Shown: positions 37,462-46,958, numbered from the stretch's first letter. The stretch: DNA of 54,361 nucleotides from Spirochaetota bacterium (GCA_050298055.1 JBNKTL010000033.1:1-54361), one strand, 5' to 3'. A program made the numbers and translations. Notes: generated from the letters alone by a model not told the origin.

Positions 37462-37923
37462 TTAATTTTATCCATATAAGAAATTCATCTGCGCCAGGCA
37501 CAGTTTTTCATAATTTAGACACATAGGAAATTGCTCTCTACCGGATACAATAATTTGTCGCAAAGCCCTTTTTGCACATCTTGTGCGGGCTTTCCACTAG
37601 CGCATCCGTGCGCGTCGCATAATCCATCTTATCAGAACCTGATTATTACAAACACCGGTTAATTTAATTGACAGAATGTGCGGGTATGGCAAGTACTTTA
37701 TAAATTTGCGTCAAAAAATAAATTTTTGAGTGGATTTTTCGCATTACTCTATCCCCGGGCGGTTAACCCGTCCTGAGATTCACAATATGTTTCTATATTT
37801 CAAGATTGTAAAATGCATGGATTGCGAAGTTCGTTAATTATGGCGGCCGGCTTCGTTTTACGAAGTAACCTTCACGTATCCCGTGGGTGATGGATAAATT
37901 GAGAAGAGGCAGGTTTTCTCCGT

Positions 37924-37963
37924 CATAAAAAAGACTTTTCATAGCTGAAAAGTCCTTTTTATG
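37924..37963. terminator. Bidirectional intrinsic terminator
   Basis: cataaaaaagacttttca-tagc-tgaaaagtcctttttatg, just downstream of the 37978 stop. Confidence 0.7.
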
Positions 37964-37977
37964 GATGTTTTTACAAT

Positions 37978-38526
37978 TTAAAAATAAATTTCCGGAATAA
38001 ACTCTGTTTCAAGAATTTTATCCGAAAGCATTCTCAGAAAGATCTGTTTGTAATTATACTGATCCATGGATGAGACTTCAACCCACTCACATTCTTCATG
38101 GCTGATAAAGCTTAAAGCCGGTTCACCATTGGCCAGCTTACGGGACGGATCAAGGAACAACCCGTTTTGTCCCGCTAAAAACAGACCTTTCGCTCCGCTC
38201 ACTGCTTCATCATCCCCTAATTCGTCCAGCAGCCAGTCATCTGCTGTTGTATTTCCCTCGTCAGATAATTCATATCCTGCTTCAGGACCGCCGGCATCCC
38301 ATGTGAGTGAAGTGGCGGTTTGAGCTATCTCTCGAAAAGATCCGGGTAAACCGGAATCGGGTTCTATCTTTTCATTTTTTTGATAATTGAATTCACATTC
38401 TTCAAATTCAACCGTTCCCTCTTCAACCTTCACCACCGCATCACACAGCCTGTTAAGAATTTCATTATCTTCATCGGTGCTGCATAAACCAATTAACAGG
38501 TCTTTCAATTTTTCCGAATCATTCAT
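37978..38526 (-). CDS. Very acidic hypothetical protein, possibly SUKH/SMI1-like immunity
   Basis: AGGAG RBS; LPGSFREI and LDP..NGEPALSFISHE motifs; adjacent to the GAD-like immunity gene. Confidence 0.6.
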   Translation of the reverse strand: MNDSEKLKDLLIGLCSTDEDNEILNRLCDAVVKVEEGTVEFEECEFNYQKNEKIEPDSGLPGSFREIAQTATSLTWDAGGPEAGYELSDEGNTTADDWLLDELGDDEAVSGAKGLFLAGQNGLFLDPSRKLANGEPALSFISHEECEWVEVSSMDQYNYKQIFLRMLSDKILETEFIPEIYF

Positions 38527-38821
38527 AGTAACTCCTTTTTATATGGCCTGAGACCAGGCAAAATCTTATATTCATACTGAAAAACTCATTTAGTCTGTTT
38601 GCAGGTTCTTTTTGAAAACCCGCAGAACATTCCTGAAATGCGATTCAGTATCCGTAAGAAAAAAACCGAAACAGTAAATATCGTCAAACTCTTTTTTCAC
38701 ACAGATCAGTTAAAATGGATTCTTACTCTGGCAGCTCTGACTACCTGTATGACATGCAATACACTTTCACTGCCTTGGCAGTTCAATTCTTTTTTTCCTT
38801 TTTCTCTCTTCCTTTCTCTTC

Positions 38822-39122
38822 CTCTGTGCCCTCTGCGGGCTCTGTGTGACATAAATCTTTAAGTTTCTCACAGAACTCACAAAGCTCATAGGGTTAAGAT
38901 TTCAATCATCAACAAACTTTTAAATCAATCACTCTCTCCCTTCGCGCTCTTTGCGCCTTTGCGGTTCAACATTCTTTTCCTTTTCCTTTGTGCCCTCTGT
39001 GAGCTCTGTGTGAAACTCTTTCCTCTTAATATGTAAAAAAGTGGATAAGAAAACAGATCATTACGTCGCTGAGCTCCTCATGATGACAGATTCTTTAATC
39101 CGGAACTTGTAACTTGTAACTC
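38822..39122. repeat. Mosaic of 9-bp-periodic and heptamer repeats
   Basis: ctctgtgccctctgcgggctctgtgtga (38822) resembles ctttgtgccctctgtgagctctgtgtga (38986); inverted unit at 38868; 38940-38969 is 26/30 identical to 5940-5969; aacttgt tandem at 39104. Confidence 0.8.
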
Positions 39123-39235
39123 AAAACTAATCTTCTGAGAGCACAATATCAACTTGACTTTTTCACCTTTTATCCGCATTCTCACTTTTACAGACACCTA
39201 AACAGAACAGGCTGTCACGGGACGTTAAAAACATT

Positions 39236-40105
39236 ATGAAAATCAGTTCAGAATTCGTGGGACTTAAACTGAAAGAGTATTCCGTAGAGACAAACCGGCG
39301 GCACAGCATGAACTATGCCGCGGCTGTGGAGGCGGACAACCCCCTCTATTTTGACGATACCTCACAAGAAGGGATTGCGGCCCATCCCCTCTTCCCCGCG
39401 GCACTGACCTGGCCCATGATACAGAATATCGGGGACTTTATTGATACCCCCGATTTTCCCAAAGAGATCTTTCTCACCCAGGTCCACTATACGGAACATA
39501 TCGAGGTCCGGAGACAGATCATACCCGGAGAGACCCTGGCCATCAGCGGTGAATTCGCCGCCATACTTCCCCACCGGGCGGGGACCCACGGAATTATCCG
39601 CTTTGACGCCCGGGACAGTTCCGGGGAAACGGTCTTCACCGAGTATATCGGTGCCATGTTCCGGGGAGTGGAATGCGGCGATGAAGGGGCGGGTACCGGA
39701 AATACTCCCGTCATCTCAATCCCGGAAGAACTCACGGAGACAAAAAAAAGTACCAGGAGGATCCACCGCCTGAGGCCCTTTCTCTATGACGGCTGCAGCG
39801 AAATTGTCTTCCCCATCCATACCTCGGAAAAATTTGCACGGCAGGTGGGGCTTCCGGGGATCATACTCCAGGGTACGGCAACCCTTGCCTTTGCCATGAA
39901 TGAAGTGATAGAAAACCACTGCGGAAGAGATCCCCGCAGAATAAAATCCCTGGGGTGCAGGTTCACCGGGATGGTCCTCCCCGGAACGGAGATCACCATA
40001 TCCCTTTATCAAAAAAACGGCACACCGGAAATGATTTACTTCGAGGTGCTTAACAGCGAATCAAAAAAAGCCATATCCGGCGGATACGCGGAAATAATAA
40101 GATGA
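39236..40105 (+). CDS. Double hot-dog MaoC-family dehydratase
   Basis: YAAAVEADNPLY, PIHTSEKFARQVGLPGIILQG, RFTGMVLPG. Confidence 0.82.
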   Translation: MKISSEFVGLKLKEYSVETNRRHSMNYAAAVEADNPLYFDDTSQEGIAAHPLFPAALTWPMIQNIGDFIDTPDFPKEIFLTQVHYTEHIEVRRQIIPGETLAISGEFAAILPHRAGTHGIIRFDARDSSGETVFTEYIGAMFRGVECGDEGAGTGNTPVISIPEELTETKKSTRRIHRLRPFLYDGCSEIVFPIHTSEKFARQVGLPGIILQGTATLAFAMNEVIENHCGRDPRRIKSLGCRFTGMVLPGTEITISLYQKNGTPEMIYFEVLNSESKKAISGGYAEIIR

Positions 40106-40116
40106 GGAAGGAATAA

Positions 40117-41814
40117 ATGGAAAAGGAAGAACTTGTACTGCCTCTCCTGAACAACTACCTTGAATACTGGGCAAAAAATAGACCTGAGCAGGTTGCCATG
40201 GTACAGCATGAGGATGACAGGAAATTCACCTATAAGAAGTTTGTGAAGCTTGTTGATTTCTTCGCCCTGAAGCTCCGGGACATGGGGCTTGAGAAGGGGG
40301 ACCGGCTGGCCACCATGCTGGTGCTGGTCCCCGAGCATATGGTCCTCATGTACGCCTGTTTCAAACTGGGAATTATCATCGCACCCCTGGATGTCCGCCT
40401 CAAGGAGGAAGAGGTGGTCCGTGACGTGGAAAAGATCCAACCAAAGGCCTTCTTCTTTCTGGGGAACACACCTGTCCGTGACTTCAGGAAAGTTGGCGAA
40501 GCGGTACGGGACAACTGTTCCTCCGTGAAACACCTCGTGCAGTTTACCCCCGACCCCGGGCCGGAAGATATTGTCCCCGGGGCAATTAGCATAACGGAGA
40601 TGATGGATAAGGGGAGACTTATTCTCCTCAAGATAAAGGACCTCTTTACAAGGAAGCTTGCCAGGGCATACGGGACAATCGACACGAAGACACCGGCACT
40701 GATCATCTACACAACGGGGACCACCGGTGAACCAAAACCCGCGGTCCTCACCCACGAAAATATCATCGTCCAGAACCGGGTGCTCCGCCGGGGAATACAG
40801 CTTGATGAGGATATTGTCATCATCGTCAACCTCCCCCCCAGCCACGTGGGCTGTGTCACCGAGATGTTCATGACCACCATCTACGACGGCGGTACCGCCG
40901 TACTGCTCCGGATATTCGATGTCAGGTTCACCCTGGATGCCATTGAGAAGCATAAAGTCAATGTCATCGGCCAGATACCCACCCAGTTCAGGATGCTCTG
41001 GGCGGATGTGGATTATGCCAGGTACGACCTCTCAAGCCTGAAGTTTGCTGCCTATGCCGGATCGGCGGTTGACGTTGAATTTTTAAAGAAACTCTCCGCC
41101 ATGGCCCCGGCCTTCGGTACGGGGATCGGTATGACGGAGAACGCGGGCTTTGCCACCTTCACTCCTCCCGGAATTTCCGTGGAAGAAATGGCCGGCCAGG
41201 TGGGCAGGGCCTTTCCCGACCTCTTCGAGGTCACGGTCCGCCAGCCCATGAAGGAGGACGGGAGCGCCGGGGAGGAGATGCCTTCCGGCGAACAGGGTGA
41301 GATATGCTACCATCCCCCCGGGGTTTTCCGGGGATATTTTAACAACCCGGAGGAGACGGCGCGGGTGGTCTCACGGGAGGGGATACTTTACACCGGGGAC
41401 ATGGGTTACTTCAGGGAGATGGGGAGCTATAAAGCACTCTACCTCTCGGGGAGGAAGAAATTCGTCATCAAACAGAAGGGGTACAACGTCTTTCCCGGTG
41501 AGGTGGAAGACCATATCATGGCCATGGACCAGGTTGACGTTGCGGAGGTCGTGGGGATCAAACATGAAATCTTTGACGAGGGAATATTCGCCTTCGTGAA
41601 GCCTTACAAGGGAATGACACTGACACCGGAAATGGTCCTGGAGCATTGCAGCAACATTGCTTCTTATAAGAGGCCCCAGCACGTGGTCATCTGGCCCGCG
41701 GAAAGGGCGTTCCCCATTACACGGAGCACCAAGGTGGACAAGCTTGAGCTGAAAGAAGAGGCCGAAGCAATAGTCGGCGAACTGAGAAGCCGGGGAGGCT
41801 GGGACGCCGGATAA
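40117..41814 (+). CDS. Class I adenylate-forming enzyme (acyl-CoA ligase)
   Basis: YTTGTTGEPKP, GMTE, TGDMG, GRKK..GYNVFPGEVE, TKVDK. Confidence 0.9.
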   Translation: MEKEELVLPLLNNYLEYWAKNRPEQVAMVQHEDDRKFTYKKFVKLVDFFALKLRDMGLEKGDRLATMLVLVPEHMVLMYACFKLGIIIAPLDVRLKEEEVVRDVEKIQPKAFFFLGNTPVRDFRKVGEAVRDNCSSVKHLVQFTPDPGPEDIVPGAISITEMMDKGRLILLKIKDLFTRKLARAYGTIDTKTPALIIYTTGTTGEPKPAVLTHENIIVQNRVLRRGIQLDEDIVIIVNLPPSHVGCVTEMFMTTIYDGGTAVLLRIFDVRFTLDAIEKHKVNVIGQIPTQFRMLWADVDYARYDLSSLKFAAYAGSAVDVEFLKKLSAMAPAFGTGIGMTENAGFATFTPPGISVEEMAGQVGRAFPDLFEVTVRQPMKEDGSAGEEMPSGEQGEICYHPPGVFRGYFNNPEETARVVSREGILYTGDMGYFREMGSYKALYLSGRKKFVIKQKGYNVFPGEVEDHIMAMDQVDVAEVVGIKHEIFDEGIFAFVKPYKGMTLTPEMVLEHCSNIASYKRPQHVVIWPAERAFPITRSTKVDKLELKEEAEAIVGELRSRGGWDAG

Positions 41815-41834
41815 TTCCGGGCCCGCGCCGGAAC

Positions 41835-42761
41835 TCATTTAAGGCTTTTAAGAAATTCCCGGTAGTGACGGGCGGATTCGCCGGGCCGTTCCACCATGGG
41901 CACATGTCCGCAGTTTTTCATGATCACCACTTTGCTTCCGGGAACTTTCTTTGCGAGGATGTCCGCTCCCGAAACATGGAGTATCCTGTCTTTATCACCC
42001 CAGAGAATCAATACCGGTTTTTTGACTTTCCCTATCTCCGATTCAAGTGAGTATTTTTCCCTGGTAATCTGGGCGAATATCTTCTCATTAAACGGCCTGT
42101 TTTCAATGCTTTTCAGGGTCAGATAGCGGATAATACTGCCGGGTAGAGGAGGAGCCTTCACAAACACAAACTCAAGGAGCTTCTGAAAATCCCCGGGTGT
42201 ATTGACCATTAACCTGTTGTTCCCTTTTTCAAGCAGCCGGACGAACTCGCTTTTTTCGGAGGAAAGGACTCCTCCCGGGGCAAACAGGCCGAGACTGAGG
42301 ACCCTCCCGGGATATTCAACGGCAAACCTCCCCGCGATGGCCCCTCCCATGGAGTTCCCCACGATATGAAACTTTTCCAGTTTCAATCGGTCTGCAAACT
42401 CCCTGAGCATCCTGACCTGTTCTTTTGATGTATATACAGCTGACTCCAGTTTTGAACTCTCTCCGAAACCGGGAAGGTCGGGTACGATGACCCTGTAACC
42501 GGGTGTTATCTCTTTGGAGAACCGCGTCCAGTTGTCTTTGTCGGCGCCAAAGCCATGGAGCATGACCACGGTCTCTCCTTTACCGCCAATAAGGTAGTGA
42601 ATGGTATGCTTTCCCACCGGTTCTGTTTTTTCCATTAAACCGGCAGCTTTGCGGGTTGCAAAGATTGAGAAATCATAGAGGAGTCCCGGAAAGAACAAAT
42701 AGACCGACGCAGAGAGGATGACCAGTAACCCGATTATAACAGCAGCAACTTTCTTTTTCAT
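41835..42761 (-). CDS. Alpha/beta hydrolase (lipase/esterase)
   Basis: HGFG, PDLPGFGES, GNSMGG, WGDKD, CGH; N-terminal anchor. Confidence 0.9.
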   Translation of the reverse strand: MKKKVAAVIIGLLVILSASVYLFFPGLLYDFSIFATRKAAGLMEKTEPVGKHTIHYLIGGKGETVVMLHGFGADKDNWTRFSKEITPGYRVIVPDLPGFGESSKLESAVYTSKEQVRMLREFADRLKLEKFHIVGNSMGGAIAGRFAVEYPGRVLSLGLFAPGGVLSSEKSEFVRLLEKGNNRLMVNTPGDFQKLLEFVFVKAPPLPGSIIRYLTLKSIENRPFNEKIFAQITREKYSLESEIGKVKKPVLILWGDKDRILHVSGADILAKKVPGSKVVIMKNCGHVPMVERPGESARHYREFLKSLK

Positions 42762-42808
42762 TTTTTACTCTCCCGTGTTTCTTCCCTTTTAACAGGTTTA
42801 TCCATACA

Positions 42809-43558
42809 CTACACTATTCCAAATTTTTCAGCTATCATTTTTTTTATTCCGATGCTGTTTTTTACGGCAAATCCCCGGTAGTCGTTATTAAAATAGATAT
42901 AGATCCTTTTGAGATCTCTCTTTTTAACATCTTCATGCAGCAGGTCCACATACGCCTGCAGTTCCTTATCGCTGTAGAGGGTATCATAGTTTTCTCCGTG
43001 AAATCTCAGGTACGCATATTCACCTGTAATGACCGGTTCCGAGGGCATACCCAGTCCGTTTACCATGCAGAACCCGCACCTGTTTTCCAGAAGCCGGAAA
43101 GTTTCGTCACACCACCAGGAACCGTGTCTGAATTCAATGACATGGTCATAGTTTTTGTTCAATAACTTCAGGAGCCTGTTGACCCGGTCAAGGTTTTCTT
43201 TGGTAAAATGCAAGGAAGGGGGCAGCTGAAAGAGAACGCACTTGCCCTTCCGCCCCAGCGGCTTCAACAGGGTGTAGAACCTGTCCAGCGGTTCATCAAT
43301 ATTATGCAATCTCCTGTTATGTGTTATTACTCCCGGGGCCTTCAGGGTAAAGAAAAAATCATCACCGGTTATCTCATACCAATTTTTAACCGTGGTTTCT
43401 TTCGGCAGTCTATAGAAGGTCATGTTGACCTCAACACTGTTAAATGTTTCGGAGTAAAAGGAAAGCCACTCCTCCTGCTTCAGTTTTTCAGGATAGAAAA
43501 CTCCCTTCCAGTGCCGGTAACTCCAGCCGGAAGTCCCGATAAAATATTTTGGAATCAT
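42809..43558 (-). CDS. DUF72 family protein
   Basis: IGTSGWSY, VEVNMTFY, LFQLPPS, EFRH, YLRFHG, YFNND. Confidence 0.92.
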   Translation of the reverse strand: MIPKYFIGTSGWSYRHWKGVFYPEKLKQEEWLSFYSETFNSVEVNMTFYRLPKETTVKNWYEITGDDFFFTLKAPGVITHNRRLHNIDEPLDRFYTLLKPLGRKGKCVLFQLPPSLHFTKENLDRVNRLLKLLNKNYDHVIEFRHGSWWCDETFRLLENRCGFCMVNGLGMPSEPVITGEYAYLRFHGENYDTLYSDKELQAYVDLLHEDVKKRDLKRIYIYFNNDYRGFAVKNSIGIKKMIAEKFGIV

Positions 43559-43756
43559 ACGGGATATTTAAACAGAATTGTTACAAAACACCACTATTTT
43601 TTCACTTTCAGCATGAGAAGAATCCTTAGGCATTAAATAAATTCCGGAAAATTATGATGACATATTTTATAAAAAGTTTTAATTAATCAAGGGCCTCAAG
43701 CGTATTAATATTAAGAAAGGATAACACCTGTATTATATAGTGAGAGGTTGGATAAT

Positions 43757-44203
43757 ATGAGAACGACTATTAATGGAGACTTATCATTGCTCAATAGATT
43801 AACTGCAGCCATGGCTGAAGCTGATCTGCCAAAGGATAAGCTGATTAAATTATTAGTGTCACGGATAATCAATAAAAACAGTTTTGTTCCCAAACCCTAT
43901 AAAACGGTGAAATATCAAGAGAGTGGACAGGATACCGTATGGAAAATTGAACATATCAACCTGGAGCCTGTAGACTATGAGAAGCTTTTGGATTTAAGGA
44001 GACATTTTAAGTTTTCAGTTTCGTGGTTTATCGCTTTTGCCATTATTAATTATCTTGATGAATTAGTAAAGGTTTTTAGTAATTCAGGAAATACTGAAGA
44101 TACTCTGGATAACTATGTGAAAGATTATGTTTATATTTCTAAAATGGTATGCAGTATTCGTGTATTTATCACAATGATGGAAATCCGGAGCAAAAAAACC
44201 TGA
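43757..44203 (+). CDS. Hypothetical protein, DUF1564-like / ribbon-helix-helix-like
   Basis: MRTTIN start, TVKYQ, DYE..LD.R...KFSVS; GAGAGG RBS; low GC. Confidence 0.5.
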   Translation: MRTTINGDLSLLNRLTAAMAEADLPKDKLIKLLVSRIINKNSFVPKPYKTVKYQESGQDTVWKIEHINLEPVDYEKLLDLRRHFKFSVSWFIAFAIINYLDELVKVFSNSGNTEDTLDNYVKDYVYISKMVCSIRVFITMMEIRSKKT

Positions 44204-44365
44204 AAAAACTGAGAAAACCCAAATAGTACGAAATTAATATGAAAATCAAGCATCCGGTTCTCATCCCGGATTTTTAATCACGTCCGAATCCTCCTGAACA
44301 ATCACTTATCCGCTGTCCTGATAAAAAGGAACACATCCACCTGTCTTCCTTTCATTAATGATCAA

Positions 44366-44396
44366 AAATAATTACTAAATATTTTAGTAATTATTT
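44366..44396. promoter_or_regulatory. AT-rich perfect palindrome with 14-bp arms
   Basis: aaataattactaaa-tat-tttagtaattattt. Confidence 0.45.
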
Positions 44397-44411
44397 AGCT
44401 ATGTAAAATAT

Positions 44412-44446
44412 AAAAGAAACAAAGGGGCACTTTCAAATGTGCCCCT
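44412..44446 (-). terminator. Intrinsic terminator of the DoxX gene
   Basis: aggggcac-8 nt-gtgcccct stem with a T-rich tail on the minus strand. Confidence 0.7.
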
Positions 44447-44463
44447 CAGACAATTATAATCAA

Positions 44464-44880
44464 TCAAGCCTGTTCACAGGACTCAAAGTGACGCGTTAAC
44501 GAATGCCTGCAGAGAAAGGTGCGCAACCATTGGGGCCGTAACAGCCATGCAGTTGCAAGTGAAAGGAACAGAAATACCAGCGGGACAAGGGCCATTACCG
44601 GCTCACCTGCAATGATTTGAGTCAGGATGGCGCCGCCCATTGTTCCCGAAAGAATAACCGCTCCATAGAACCTCCGCGTAGGGACCACAAGCAGAAGCCC
44701 TCCTGCCATTTCAATAAAACCGGTCACATACATAAACCAGAGCGGCAATCCCAGGTTCAAAAAGTTCCTGATCTGGAACTCCATGCCGACAATCTTTGTC
44801 CAGCCCGTATAAAGGAAAAAGAAAGACAGTCCCAGGGGAAGGAGTATTGTTGCTCTTTTAATAATGTCTTGCGTTTTCAT
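44464..44880 (-). CDS. DoxX family membrane protein
   Basis: GWTK, GLPLWF..TGFIEMAGGLLL, MGGAILT; GGAGG RBS. Confidence 0.88.
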   Translation of the reverse strand: MKTQDIIKRATILLPLGLSFFFLYTGWTKIVGMEFQIRNFLNLGLPLWFMYVTGFIEMAGGLLLVVPTRRFYGAVILSGTMGGAILTQIIAGEPVMALVPLVFLFLSLATAWLLRPQWLRTFLCRHSLTRHFESCEQA

Positions 44881-44926
44881 GTCAAACCTCCTTAAGGAGA
44901 ATTGTCAAGTCTTTTGAAATCATCAC

Positions 44927-44950
44927 ATATGTTAGTGATTTCTAACATAT
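44927..44950. promoter_or_regulatory. Candidate repressor operator upstream of DoxX
   Basis: atatgttag-tgattt-ctaacatat perfect 9-bp arms, 47-70 nt before the start. Confidence 0.5.
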
Positions 44951-44987
44951 TTTAGTTACTGGAAACGGCTGCAAAACAGGTATTTTT

Positions 44988-45611
44988 TTATTCCTCAAGG
45001 GCCCCTTCAAGAAGAGCAGAGAGCCTCTCCAGTGTAACAGGGTACGGTTCAATCCCTATCTGCATCCAGTCGCTGAAGCCCAGGAGCGCCTCGGGGTCTT
45101 CCAGGGAAAGATAATTGAAATAGTCCAGGGAATCAAGCAGGAGTGCGGTATCGTTCATGGGGAAGGTCTCGTTTGCCTTTCCCCGGTCCCAGTCACCGAA
45201 TATCTCATCCTTTTTCTCCATCCATCCCGGGGTAAGCCAGTAGACCTTCCTGCTCTTTTCCGCGCCCCTGCGCGTTTCTTTATCCGCGAGCATATCGAAG
45301 CAGTCTTCTACATCCAGGCGTACCGCCCTCTCCGAATGTTCCCTGATCAGGCTGTCGATGTTTTTCTCCGGTTCGTTGAAGTTAAAATAGCATTTAGTCC
45401 CCAGGGCAACGATTATCTTCTCTCCCCTGGCGGACGCCTCTTTTAACCTCTCCGGAAGTTCCTCTTCCATTTTCGAGGATTTTTCATGGGAACCGGCCGA
45501 CACAAAGAGAATATCAGCGGCATTGAGGAAACCCTCCTCCTTCAGCTTCTCCATCTCTCCCTTCAGGGCATTGCAGGTCACAACAACTGTATTTTCGAAG
45601 CTTTTGTTCAT
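44988..45611 (-). CDS. DUF1638-like protein
   Basis: VTCNALKGE, GSHE, GTKC, DCFDML, YWLTPGW; start at 45611 (GAGGGAG RBS) or 45626. Confidence 0.7.
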   Translation of the reverse strand: MNKSFENTVVVTCNALKGEMEKLKEEGFLNAADILFVSAGSHEKSSKMEEELPERLKEASARGEKIIVALGTKCYFNFNEPEKNIDSLIREHSERAVRLDVEDCFDMLADKETRRGAEKSRKVYWLTPGWMEKKDEIFGDWDRGKANETFPMNDTALLLDSLDYFNYLSLEDPEALLGFSDWMQIGIEPYPVTLERLSALLEGALEE

Positions 45612-45724
45612 ATCTCTCTCCCTCATTTATTAAGAATTTTATAATATACTAAATATTACTTGGCTCTCGTCAAGTAAAGTTTCCGGAAAAACACTCGACG
45701 GGATTTATATTGAGTATATTATGA

Positions 45725-45801
45725 AGACCCCCTAACCCCCTGATGAGGCATAAAAGGGTTTATGATAAATATCTTGCGCCCCCTCAGGGGGATGGGGGTC
45801 T
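45725..45801 (+). repeat. ~72-bp hairpin element, copy 3
   Basis: agaccccctaaccccctga..gcataaaag..gataaatatcttgcgccccctcagggggatgggggtct. Confidence 0.85.
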
Positions 45802-45818
45802 AAATAAGAAATCAACGG

Positions 45819-46124
45819 GTGAAGAAAATGAACCATAATAAAACAGATGAGATACTGGCATCCATCAGGAAAAAACGAAAACAATTCAGAGAGGAGCTGG
45901 GCCTATTGAAGATCGGGCTCTTCGGCTCCTACGCCCGGGGAAGCAGGGTGAAGGGAGGTCATATGGATATCCTGGTTGAATTCAAAGAGGAAAACCTGCG
46001 CTCATATATCCAGATGAAAGATGAACTTGAAGAACTTCTGGGTGAAAAAGTATTGCTCCACAACGCACATCAGCTTAAACCCGCGGTAAAGCCCTATGTT
46101 CTCAGGGAGGTGATCCATGTTTAA
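45819..46124 (+). CDS. Minimal nucleotidyltransferase (MntA-like antitoxin) with degenerate active site
   Basis: LFGSYARG..HMDILVEF (DxD to HxD), LEELLGEKVLL (third Asp lost); start GTG 45819 or ATG 45828. Confidence 0.8.
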   Translation: MKKMNHNKTDEILASIRKKRKQFREELGLLKIGLFGSYARGSRVKGGHMDILVEFKEENLRSYIQMKDELEELLGEKVLLHNAHQLKPAVKPYVLREVIHV

Positions 46125-46527
46125 AGACTACAGGATCTACCTTGCCGATATTGAAGATGCCCTGATAAAAATAATGCTCTATACGAAAGAGATAAGCCGG
46201 GAAGAATTCACCGGCAACTCCAAAACTTCCGATGCCGTTATCTATAACCTGGAAAAAATATCGGCCGCGTCCGGGCAGCTCCCCGATAAGGTAAGGTATC
46301 TCGCCCGTGATGTAAAATGGGACAAACTGGAAGTCCTGGGGGAGGTCCTTTCCACACAGATCACTTCACCCAACAGGGAACTTGCCTGGGAAGCGGCAAA
46401 GGCTCTTCTTCCTCCCCTTGGAAAATCTCTCACCACTCTTAAAAAATGGTCCGGCGAGCTTGCCGCGCGTGAAAATATGGGGCGGGGGATGCAGACCCCG
46501 GAACAGGAATATGAAAGGTGGTATTAG
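46117..46527 (+). CDS. DUF86/HepT-like HEPN protein with the RxxxxH motif lost
   Basis: DYRIYLADI, KTSDAVIYNLE, VKW..LGEVLSTQI where MRxxLxHxY is expected; overlaps the MNT stop. Confidence 0.75.
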   Translation: MFKDYRIYLADIEDALIKIMLYTKEISREEFTGNSKTSDAVIYNLEKISAASGQLPDKVRYLARDVKWDKLEVLGEVLSTQITSPNRELAWEAAKALLPPLGKSLTTLKKWSGELAARENMGRGMQTPEQEYERWY

Positions 46528-46606
46528 GGTCTTTCGTTCCCCGGATAAAAAAAACCGGGCAGTAACACCCGGTCCATTAATTTCCAATGCATGATCTCTG
46601 GGATTT

Positions 46607-46849
46607 TTAAGGCTTACCGTTGTTGGGACGGCACCTCTTCCCCGGTTTTCGCCGCGGATGATAGTGTGTTTTGCCCTTCTTGATACACTTTTTGCAGGCC
46701 CCTTTCTTCTGCGGCTTTTTCAGTTTATCGCAGCCTTCAAGGGTCCTGATTTCACCTCCCGTCTTATGGGCCGAGCCTGATGTGATCAGCAGGCCAAAGA
46801 AGATAAAGGTGAACAGGGAGATAAGAATAATGGGAGTAATTTTTCTCAT
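46607..46849 (-). CDS. Small secreted cationic four-Cys peptide
   Basis: GGAG RBS; 27-aa signal peptide; 53-aa mature part with 14 Lys, 5 Arg, 3 acidic residues and 4 Cys. Confidence 0.65.
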   Translation of the reverse strand: MRKITPIILISLFTFIFFGLLITSGSAHKTGGEIRTLEGCDKLKKPQKKGACKKCIKKGKTHYHPRRKPGKRCRPNNGKP

Positions 46850-46958
46850 AGAACATCTCCGGTAATAGTTATTTTTCTATCCGGGGCCCGGAAAATATCA
46901 GCCCCGGAAAATTATTACAGGTATAATATGACAACGGGAGTTTGTACAAGCTTTTTTT

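Noticed and set aside
38599..38862. 87-aa plus-strand ORF
   Set aside because: TTG start without an RBS; runs into pyrimidine-rich repeat DNA; no motif
38822..39013. CRISPR array
   Set aside because: Repeats are degenerate, of mixed type and orientation, without regular unique spacers; no cas genes in the window
40036..40953. 305-aa minus-strand ORF (also 10275-10925 and similar long antisense ORFs)
   Set aside because: Lie almost entirely antisense to well-supported genes; typical codon-bias shadows
46680..46700. c-type heme motif in the cationic peptide
   Set aside because: The sequence is CKKCI, not CxxCH
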